The notes under the pieces are model-generated. The model did no database searches. It saw only the letters and a program-made list of their open reading frames with translations, and had not been told where the DNA came from. Both the position numbers and the translations under genes were made by a program. A stretch of 64,000 nucleotides of DNA from Phoronis australis (lineage: Eukaryota; Animalia; Phoronida), in the NCBI GenBank assembly GCA_002633005.1, contig NMRA01000362.1:1-64000 (forward strand). The letters are read 5' to 3'. Below are positions 54,030 to 64,000 of this stretch, piece by piece (the first letter of the stretch is position 1; the number at the start of each line of letters is the position of its first letter).

Positions 54030-55080
54030 TAGTCCATGTGACGTCACCGGAAAATGGGCATAACCGGCCATACTGCTCTTGTTTGGCCCGGAGTCTTTGC
54101 TACACACGCTAAATTTTACTGGAGTTTTTATGGTGAAATTTACGCTTAAAACGTTAACACAACTTAAAAGATGGTAGATGGATCGTGGAATAACTGTGAA
54201 TGGACGAAGAAAATGTGAACTTGTTATGTTGTGCGAAGCTGTGAACGGACTGAAATTGGAACTCAACCCGGTCTGGGCCTGAATGCCGCAGGCATACAGG
54301 GACGATAGCTTATCCCCATAAAAAGTTACTCACTTCAATATACAGCAAATAAAATCAAATGAAACATGCATATGCGCACATGGAGTTATAATTAATTAAC
54401 ACATACCCTGACTCATATAACTTGAACCTATCCATGAAAACCTCGCAGTTCGCTCAAAATTTTATCACAGGGCGCCATTTTGAGGAAGTTACGTGAAATC
54501 ACGAACAATAAGTCCAAGGAACACAAATTGTACAAATTCACTTGATATGTTCTCATGTTATTTTGCAAGTGTCACGCGCCAGGTTATTGCGCTTCACTCA
54601 GTCTCACGCTAGCCTTTGCCTCTTACTCACCTGACCAGTTGAACTTGTCTACTTTGTGGTTATCGCGCGCGCGGTTTCAGTTAACAGTAACCACAATGTG
54701 GAGTTGGAATTCTTCGCCAAAGTCACCTGAATTCCCGTAGCTCGGCTTCATCGAAGATATGTTTAGAAGCAGAAACGACCACTGGAGAAAGTAAGCGCCT
54801 CTTTAGGTGATAATTTTAGGTGTAGAATGTATTTTTGACGTGGTGAAAACTTAATCAGTGAGCGGATTTCGCCTATCACCCGTTTAAAATACACGAAACG
54901 AAATTAGTACAAAACGCTATACAACGTATTGTAGTGCGAATCTGAATTTCATTTGCCATAACAGCATTTTTCGAACTAAACGGCCAAAAAGTGGAATAAA
55001 ATAACAGAATACGCTCTGCTAACGTATTGGGCAAATGAGCCTAACGACAAGCTTTTGCCCCACTTCCCGTGACGTCACAG
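54030..55080. mobile_element. Internally deleted DNA transposon with a SAP-domain relic
   Basis: 54130-54270 reads MVKFTLKTLTQLKRW*MDRGITVNGRRKCELVMLCEA (SAP-like). Inverted motifs tgtgacgtcaccggaaaatgggca (~54036) and tgccccacttcccgtgacgtcaca (~55056). Confidence 0.45.
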
Positions 55081-56631
55081 TTAAGTCTCACGTAATCTCG
55101 CGTTATTGTTATAAACTCGCAAAAGGACTATTGAGGCACAACCGCACTCGCAGTTCGTCTCCGAGAATTTCTTTAATTTCACGCAATAAACATAATTTAG
55201 TAGCAAAGAGAGGTGCGAGACTATTACACGTACCCTCAAGAAATGATTGGACTACTTTAAATCCCAGTGGTAAACTATGCCATGAAAGCAAACCGACAAT
55301 AATTGTTTTTTTTTTTTTGATGGAGAATTACATATTCAGTAGTAGTTCTGAGATGTATATTGATGGAGGGTGCGTCGCATTTATACCGATTGATAATAGC
55401 TAAATTTGTTATATTATTAATTTCTAGGATAACTTTGCATAAATAGATCATCAAGTGCAGTTTCAGTAGCAGGGGAAGAGGAGTCCAGTCGAGAGAACCA
55501 AGGATTCATTGTGCCAGAACCCTTGACTGTACCTGCCACTGAAACAGCAGCATCGTCTATCAAGCTTACAAAGTGTGGTCAAGTTAGCGTTATCATAAAT
55601 AATGTCTCCATTGTTAGAATGAAAGAGTTATTAATCAACTCTAAAGTGGCGACTAGAAATATATTTCAAAAGTTTTCTGAATAGGTTGAGAATTTTTTTT
55701 TAAATATTTAACGAGATGAATTCAATCATAATTCATTCAATAAACCACTGTTTGATCTGTAGTGTTTTTAAGAAACACCTAAAAGAACACTTATCCTTCA
55801 GTCATTGTAGGAAAAGATAGGCATACCCTTTCGTCGAATACCAGAAAAAGCGATATACCTGCGTTACAAGTTTCGTGTAAGTCATTTTAACACCCCTAGT
55901 GATAAGGTCGACACCCTGCACAGATTACGTCACCTGTACGTCAACTTTCATGCAATGTGACTTCGTTTCGTTGTTGACCACAAACGTGTGTGACCAAACG
56001 TTTTTTGGTAACCACTTTAAAATCACAGGGTAAAGTCAATACTTTTCATGCGCGCACCCAGCCTAAAATATAAGGGGTCTCGAATTTTTCGATATGCATT
56101 ACTTTTACAGACAAAAGTCAACGAGGATTAAAAAAAAAGGAAAAAAAAAACAGACCACTAGGTTCAGGCCTACGAATTGTGCATCCGCGCAGATTCCTGT
56201 GGACTTTTGTCTCGTTTACTCGGAGTTTTTGTTTCGCTGACGGAGGCGGTCCTTTTTGCCCAATTCGCCAAATTGGGGGGTGGAGGCTCATTCGAGTCTA
56301 CCCTCCGGGTTGTATTCAAACTAATGCATGTTATGTATTGGATTTTTTTCTGAATCAATTTTAGTTTGCTGCAGTATGCTGAAGAGGTTCGTTTCTCTGC
56401 TGTAACTAACGGACCCAGCCCGGGGCCAGCCAGCCAGGCAGGAGTGGACACTGGTTAATGTAATTGTATCACGGTGATACTGTACAGAGGGTGATAGTTC
56501 ATCTCCAATTCCTAGTGTTTATTTGTCATATTTTATAACGACAAAATCTACTTTCTTCCCGAGTATACCGTGTGCTAATATTGGCGACGAAAGGTCACTC
56601 CAGCGAATCATCCACTTCAAGTCATCCGCTA

Positions 56632-56795
56632 AGGTCAAAGGTCATTAAACACGTTAGGTTGGCTGCTGTCGATGTTAGTGGGTAAATTGTTGAAACAGAA
56701 ATATCCTGACAGAGGAATGCGATGAATCAGACTGCGGAACTCACCAGCTCGTATAAAATTACTATACACAATTTAACTAACGAGCTTCTGAAAAG
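56632..56795 (+). promoter_or_regulatory. Candidate promoter/first non-coding exon of the 60.3-kb sHSP gene
   Basis: Perfect DR1 AGGTCAaAGGTCA (56632-56644), TATAAAA (~56752) and strong donor AAG|gtaaga at 56795/56796. The link to the gene is inferred. Confidence 0.4.
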
Positions 56796-57990
56796 GTAAG
56801 ATCTTTTCGGTGTGTTGTTGAATGTTGATTGTGTTTTAGGCTGTCTCAACCGACTTCATCATTTAAAGCTGTTTATTCATATATTCATTATCATTACTTG
56901 TTTGCCTTTGTTTGGTAATTTACCTTTGTCCATGAACACTGTCACGGTTACGTCCACAGTAAGGGTTCGTGGTAAACTTTGAGTCGGAAGATGCGTCATG
57001 TCTAAAAAAACATGTCGGTCTCAGTCTCCACGAAAGTACAGTGTACATGTATAGCCGGCTGTACAGAAATCTGGGCGATAATAGCTTATATGCTCGATAC
57101 GTAGCCATAAATTGCTACTCCTTAGCCTAAGAGTGTGCTGCCGGTGGCCGGTGCACACTGTCTGCCGATGAAGCGCGTACTAGTATGGTAGAGTGCGTAC
57201 GGTAGAGAAAAGGCGGTTTAAGAAGACTTGGGGATGGCAAGAGGAGGGTAGTAATTTACCACGGATGACACTCGACCATGTGACCGGAGTGTGGAGCTGG
57301 AATATTAGGAAATACCCATGTAAATGGAGTGGACTCGAAAAAAGATGATTTCATATGAGCAGTGGCGCCGTCTCTTTAGTGGGGAAGGGGGTTCATCCAA
57401 CGGTGGCAATCAAAACAATCGGAACTGAAATCGAGAAATTACGAGGGACACGGTGAAGGTCCCTACGACCCGTCACATGAATTTGTTAGATTCCACGTGT
57501 ATTTTGTGAACGCGTTCCATTTCCAATTATTGTATTGGAAGCATACTCAAAGAACTTAGAAAACGATGATGGAAGTCCGCCTTTGGCCAACGTCTCAGTT
57601 TCCGTCAACATCGTCATTCCCTTTGGCCCCGCACTGCTTCAGTCTTTGCTATAGTCACCTAGGCTGCGGTACTGTTCTCGTCATGTCGTGGCTCCCAAGT
57701 AGCCACTCCGCTAAGCGTGGTACAATTTCATGCGGTGCAGAACCACACAACACACAGGTCTCTGAAGACTTGAACTGTCGCTGAACCAAACTATTTTGCC
57801 ACAATTGGTACAAATTGCCACAACATTAGAATTATGACAATTTTTGCCGAAAATTGGACAGAAATTGTCGACACGAAAAATTACGACAGTTTGTGCCTCG
57901 AATATCCGCACAAACTGTAGCAATTTGAAGATTGTGCCAATTAGTGCACTGACGACAGATTGTGGACTTCGTAGGCATATTTACGCTTAT

Positions 57991-58136
57991 CAGGGGCGGA
58001 TCCAGGATTTTGAGTTGGCGGGCAGGCCTGAGCATTAGCCAGGAGTTTGCCCGTCAGACATTTGTACCCCCGGCGAACTGCCAATTGTAATCTGGGAGAA
58101 TTTTAGGGGGGCATGGCCCCTTTAAATCCGCCACTG
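57991..58136 (-). mobile_element. MITE family B copy
   Basis: caggggcggatccaggattttgag...aaatccgccactg with 5-bp TSD cttat/cttat. Confidence 0.85.
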
Positions 58137-60287
58137 CTTATCTGCCAAATTGCGCATATAGTCGCAATTTCACTCATAGACTGAAGCACACACATTTAAT
58201 ACGCACAAACTGTACTGTGCTCTGTAGTCGCCGATTGATTATGTCGTTACTAAGCGTTATGGGGAAACATTGAAAGATTGCTGACGATTCCGCTTGGAAG
58301 AATGTAATCAGTAACATTGTTCTTCGGGGTGATAAGGTGCAGTCTAGTGACCAAATATAATGTAGACAGAAAAATGCGAAGCCTTATGCTCCACGTTTCT
58401 TTTCAGGACGGTTTTCGACTTGGCAAGGCGTATATAAGTGGTACAGGTATGACTTCTTGTGTTTTCATTATGCTGTATCCCACAAGTGTTCAAGTAAAAT
58501 AGCTGTAATTCTAGCACACAGGGTCTTGTTGCCGGGACGCTCATTGTAATTCACGAAACAAACTAAACATGATCTTTCAGAAAGCGTGTTCATCGCTAAT
58601 CAGCTGAACATTCTATGTCCGACCCCATTTAAGTTTCAGAAATGAACGCTTTTTTCAATCAATTATTCAGGATATTTGTATGAATTTTCTTACGGGGGCT
58701 TGTGTTGTCAGGGTCACTAGCGATAAGCGTAAAAGACGAGAAAAATTCGATGCAGCAAGCAGAATATGTTATGTTTTAATTGTCGTCTGTTCGCTGTTCG
58801 TTTAAAGAACCGATAGGCACGTGTCTGATATCAACAAACCTGCTAGTCGCGACGGGTTAATGAGCTAAGTTGTGAAAGTAATGCTAAAGAATGACGTAAT
58901 CAGCCTGAAAGTGAGATCAATGGTTCATTTCACTCACACTTTTATTTTTCAGTCTATCTTGCCTCTGTGACGGAAATCCGCTTTTGTAAGTACATTTACA
59001 CGGTCTGTGCGTACACGACCGTGCGCTTGCTAAAACACTAACTTTCATGCATGCATGCACTGCGCGTGCTTGCAATTACGTTTTGATAAGTATGTTTTCA
59101 AAGGTAATTTTGCTTCACATGTATTTCCGAGTTTGTGTTTATCAGAAGAACAAAAGTCAAGTTTTGAAATGCAGTGAGCCAGTGACTATAAAAACACTTA
59201 GTTTTCCATGAATGGTACGTGTGGCTTCTTCAATTAGAAGATGACCACATAATGTCTAGAAATTCACGATTGAAACTGTTAATTGCCGCTGGTAGAATGG
59301 TTTTTGTTTTTTGGCAAGAAAACGTTCTACGGTACGCGGTACTTTTATTTAACAGTAATGTTGTGCATGTTTAAATCATGATATCTTTAATCAAGCACCG
59401 CTATTTTTAGCCCATTAATGACGCTATTAGCATTCACATGTAGAGTTGAGGAACGTTTCAACAAGCTGGACCGAGGTTTTTTGTCTGTCTGTAGGAATAG
59501 TATAAGACAATCTTTAGTTTGTTAGAGACCTTGCGCCTCACCAATTTGATGAATCAGTAACAACTGTTTAAGGAACTGCATTTAGCCCTGTTTAGCTGGC
59601 TGAAAACGAAAATCGAATTATAGGCTTTGCGCTCTCGTTGGTGAACTACTATTCATTGCCCCGGTTGTATTTCCGTTATCAACAAGATTATCAAAACCAT
59701 CCGCGACACAAGATAGCGTTTCACAGCTTTGGCCAACCCTGAAATTACGAATTCGAAAATTGCGTGCGTGTATAAAGTTCCCGTAAAACATATTATGAGG
59801 TTAGTTTTGTGAGGGTAAAAGGCCGAATTCGTTTTCTTTTGTATCCACCTAAACAAGTAGAAATACAGCTTTTTGTTATTTTGTTTTTTTCTTTCGCCAC
59901 GAACAACTTTTTACTGTTCTCTTAATTTTGTTATTTTTGGTGACTTAATTACTCATAGATACAGTATGCGTGGAACTGAGTGACACGTGGCTTTGAATCC
60001 AATTTTTGCTGTAAACCGAATTTTGGTTTTGCAAAGAAATACAGTACTGTAACCGATAGCCGGTTATTAAAATTCCACCCAGTGACAAATTTGATTATAT
60101 AGCCAGTCCTTTCCAAGCCCGGAAATCACACCTTTTTGACCACGGAGAAATCCTGTTTTAAAGACGTTACCTGGGTTGATAGCCACCTTACTAATAACAT
60201 AGAAGTAGCATTTTTGGGCAGAAAAGGTCATCGAGATTGCTAACAGGCTCGTGCTGATATCACTATTTGCCGTTTTAGTTGTCTGCC

Positions 60288-61787
60288 ATGGCGCGATGGG
60301 GTGCTGACTCGTCGTTTGAATCAGGTATTGGCAACAGAGGGCGTCTCCAGCAGTTGGAAGATATGCAACAGGATATAAACAGACGAATGCAGGACACGTT
60401 GTTTCGACAAAAGTATGCTACGTTTGATGAACCCAGGAGACTAGTTGGGGACATTGATAGACATTTTGACAGGATGGACAGGGATTCGCCATCGCCTAAA
60501 CGTTTTGGGCAAGCAATGCGTACTAATTTCAGTAACTCGTTTGAAGATCCGGGTATGGGAAGGTTTTCGAGAGAATATTCTCCTGTGGCACAACCCCAGT
60601 TCTACACAATGGGGCGTTCACCGAACAGATCGAATCGGCAGACAGACATTAGACCAAGCTTCCAAATGAGTCCTTCCGCAATGTCAACTGGTCGTTTCGC
60701 TACAAGATCCCAGACTCCACCAGCGCAACAACATCCACGGAGCACAGTTCCGCCGGAAGGATATCTTCCTGACAGATCATGTTTTGTCACAGATGAAAAT
60801 GGCGCACGACGCTTTAAGGTCGAGTTCGACATCGGGGACGGGTTCGAGGCAGAAAACGTGCGTGTCATTGCCAACGGAAGTAAGATTACTGTCAAAGTAA
60901 ACAAGCTGGAGAAAGACGATTTCTCAACACTTACGAGAGAATTCACAAGAACCGTCGACGTACCTGACAATGTTAACCCTAAAGAGGTTAAAGCGTTTTA
61001 CCTGAATGGAATGTTGGTTCTTGATGCCCCTGTTAAACCTCCGCAATTCGAACGCGTGATGCAGTCACCGGATAGATTCAGACAACCTATAGTGACCAAG
61101 AAAACGATCACCAAAACCGTCTCGGGGTCACCACACCCTGTCACTGATCAGGGTAATCCCGGGTCTGCAACGGCTATGTCTTACGGATACAATGCTCCGA
61201 GACCAGTAGCCCCGCCAATCACGCCAGCCTCCCAGCAAGACAAAGTTTTCTATCAAAGTTCAGCCCAGCAGCCATCAGCTAGCACAGCTGTAGAGGACCA
61301 TGGATCGTTCTCCCAATCACTGAACAGAAAGCCGTCTGGAGCTACGCAGTACAAGACAAGTTCTGCACATATATCTCTGGCTCCGCCTCGTGAAAAAACG
61401 CCACCTGCCCCTCAGGCATCGAGCTCGGACACAGTCAAAACTTATTTTGTTCAGCAACAACCTGCGCAGAGGTCTCAGACAAAGAGAGCATCATTTACAA
61501 AAGAGTCGTCACCACCAGGTGGACGCAAATTTGTCATGGAATTTTCAATTGGCAAAGAAGTTCAACCGGGTGACATTAATATCCACACGCAGGACGGCGT
61601 TGTTCACGTCACTGCCGACTGGCAGGAAGAAAGGGCGGTTGGTCAACCAGTGAAGCAGAAAACATTTCATAAAAGTGTGCCGCTTCCAGTGGGCGTGGAT
61701 CCGGAAAGTGTCACCGCGCACTTCCTTGACGGTGGGAAGCTCGTACTTGAAGCCCCTGTATTACCTTACGGCTTGACTGACGTGTGA
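60288..61787 (+). CDS. Large small-HSP family protein with two alpha-crystallin domains and a long S/P/Q/T linker, 499 aa, single coding exon
   Basis: Intact ORF with Kozak gccATGG after acceptor ttttag. ACD1 FKVEFDIGDGFEAENVRV...REFTRTVDVPDNVNP..NGMLVLDAP; ACD2 FVMEFSIGKEVQPGDINI...KTFHKSVPLPVGVDP..DGGKLVLEAP. Confidence 0.93.
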   Translation: MARWGADSSFESGIGNRGRLQQLEDMQQDINRRMQDTLFRQKYATFDEPRRLVGDIDRHFDRMDRDSPSPKRFGQAMRTNFSNSFEDPGMGRFSREYSPVAQPQFYTMGRSPNRSNRQTDIRPSFQMSPSAMSTGRFATRSQTPPAQQHPRSTVPPEGYLPDRSCFVTDENGARRFKVEFDIGDGFEAENVRVIANGSKITVKVNKLEKDDFSTLTREFTRTVDVPDNVNPKEVKAFYLNGMLVLDAPVKPPQFERVMQSPDRFRQPIVTKKTITKTVSGSPHPVTDQGNPGSATAMSYGYNAPRPVAPPITPASQQDKVFYQSSAQQPSASTAVEDHGSFSQSLNRKPSGATQYKTSSAHISLAPPREKTPPAPQASSSDTVKTYFVQQQPAQRSQTKRASFTKESSPPGGRKFVMEFSIGKEVQPGDINIHTQDGVVHVTADWQEERAVGQPVKQKTFHKSVPLPVGVDPESVTAHFLDGGKLVLEAPVLPYGLTDV

Positions 61788-62696
61788 CTGAGCGCTGTCA
61801 ACAAAGGTGATTGATACTTACTGGATGAGCTTGTTTTTGAAATGAAAGTACCGTAAGTTAGGTGCTCTGCATGTCCTATGTTATGTATGAACATTGATGA
61901 CTGAACGTTCAACGGCATACTTCGTGCGCATGTGTACATACACATCAGCAGTGTGGCAAAAGTTGATATAAAGTTTGTAGCTGAACCGTACGTTTGCGAA
62001 TATTGCTACATGTATATATACGGTATATATATATATAGTGCATGTCAAATTAAGCCCGGCGACATTGGCAAATTCAAAAACATGGTCTTTGGCACTTCGA
62101 CTTTTCCACTTGATATATTACACACTGTACAATGTAACAAAAAGAGATAGTGAAATGAAAATAAACTGTTTTGGCGTAAATGGTGTTGTAAATACAACCA
62201 ATTTTCCGGTACTACGTTTAGGCCATCCGAATTGGAAAATCTGTAGAAAATGAATGAATTATGTTGATGAAGTGGAAGACCAGCACTTAAATACAGGAGT
62301 TTTCCTTAGATACTTCATCAAAATCACATCCTGGTTTTATTTTTAAAAATATATACAGGCAAATAATTATAATATATTTTTAGCTTAGTTGTAGAATTTT
62401 TGGAGGTCCACCTGAACAATATGGGTGCGAAAGTTCAATGTCATTGGATCTTTACAAACGACAAACATATGCTTAGAGGTACGTGGTTGTAGTTTAGGAA
62501 ATGCACCTACAATGTATATTTCGCGAGTGTACTTGATGGGTAAAGCCCAGTCTGCGTTTGAACCTGGAGAAAGACTATCTTTAAAACCAGACATGGGCGT
62601 TGGTTTAAAAGAAACATCAGTAGACTTACGAAAAGTGTTTGTTGTGTACTCTTTTCACTCCGGATTAGGCATTACGACGGACACAAACCTTGTGTA

Positions 62697-63830
62697 GACA
62701 AGGACACCGCGGTGAAATGCGCCCCCAGCTCTGAAAACGGTGCTTATCAGTATTATAAAAATGGCCACTAGATGGCACAGTACTGAGCCCAATCAAAAAT
62801 TGCGAAGGCGTCCTCGCCTCTCAAACTTGTTCTCCAAGTTTCATGAAACTGCGTAAAAGAACTCCAAAGATACAAAGGCATACGCAAAAATGCCATAAGA
62901 AACAAAACAAATAGTTGAATCCGTCTATTTGTTTTGAAGCTAGTAAGAATACAATTAGAAATTTTAAAAACATCTAAGGAGGGTTTAAGAGTTTCAGTCG
63001 TAGATGCGAAATATGTCATGTCCACAGAAAATCCATGTCAGTCGTGCTGTTGCCAATACGAAAACGTCTTCCAATTTCATAACAACCCTCTGCGCGGTTT
63101 AGGAGCGGAAGCAGACGACAAAAAGTGATTAAAAAATAATTAAAATGGCCTCTAGTTGGGGCAGAATACGCCTAATCCATTACAAAATGGAGAGGTGTTG
63201 ACATCTTCATAACAGAAACTTGGTTGGCAAATTTCATGAAAAAACATATAGGAAAGTTAACGTAAAACAATAAAATTGTCACTCACTAGGGGGCACGGCT
63301 GTAGTTGGGTTGATCTGGAACTCGTCGTCATCTGTTGTAATCTCCATAGAAACACGTCTGCAAAATTTCACCAAGGTCTTGCGAATGGTAAAGGGGATTC
63401 AGCCGTGGACACAAAAAAAATGTCACTAGGGGTTGCCAGATTAGTCGAACATGTCCTAAAATCAAACTTGGGCCTCCGTCTTCTCAGAAGGAACACATCT
63501 CCCAAGTTTAATAACTTGTCTTCAAGGCAGCAACTTGGTGGACGGAGGGGGTGACGTCAAAAAACTACGATTTTTTTTAAATGGGTATGGAGTGGCGTAG
63601 AATACGTCAAATCCGTCCGAAAATGAGAAAAAGGCGTCATCTCCTTAATAAAACATACACGTCGGACAAACCGGAAGGTGCCATCGCTTCTTTAATACAA
63701 AAGCTTTCTAATTAATTTTCATACATTTCGGTGGAGGAACTTCAAAGATACAGAGGACAACGGAAAAAATAAAATTGCCACAAGAGGGGCACAGCGGTAG
63801 TTGTCCGTTGCCCACTTCATGTAAATCATA
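62697..63830 (+). mobile_element. HINE/Helentron-like element, same family as 21310-22850
   Basis: Starts acaaggacaccgcggtg. The aaaatggccactag / tgtcactaggg core recurs at ~62758, 63143, 63285, 63420 and 63775. Confidence 0.55.
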
Positions 63831-64000
63831 CATGTACATGTACCACTGTAGTGGGGCGCAAGCGCACGTAGGCGCAGCCAACCATCTTGTGGCATTTGAA
63901 CGTAGCGCCTACGCACCGTAACTTACGTTCAGTGCTTGAGGTGATACGTTGCCGGGCTTTGGGCGTCTACTTACCTCTAGTTTTACCACTGCAGCACTGT

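Noticed and set aside
42100-60200. Many 60-120 aa ORFs between the two sHSP genes
   Set aside because: No recognisable domains or consistent exon structure, as expected for random ORFs in intronic or intergenic DNA.

Overview
This is AT-rich metazoan genomic DNA, most likely from a lophotrochozoan invertebrate. That assignment is inferred from the spliceosomal introns, p40-type sHSPs, mollusc/brachiopod-style TLR motifs and abundant TACATGTA; no prokaryotic system, rRNA or CRISPR array is present. The first ~21 kb is a graveyard of frameshifted Toll-like receptor/LRR genes: one plus-strand copy, partly duplicated across a single N, and a minus-strand tandem array with a ~3.3 kb unit. That array is interrupted by a heat-shock-element-rich solo LTR with a 5-bp TSD and by a decayed Kolobok-like transposon (THAP plus P2X7-C-terminal/KolX domain). 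At 23.9-25.7 kb (minus strand) are two intact exons of a gene encoding a signal peptide and a cysteine-less V-set Ig domain. The 27-39 kb region holds Sola3-like and Academ-like transposase relics and MITEs. The right half has two intact, divergently oriented small heat-shock genes, each with two alpha-crystallin domains. All family assignments come from motif recognition by eye; no database searches were run.
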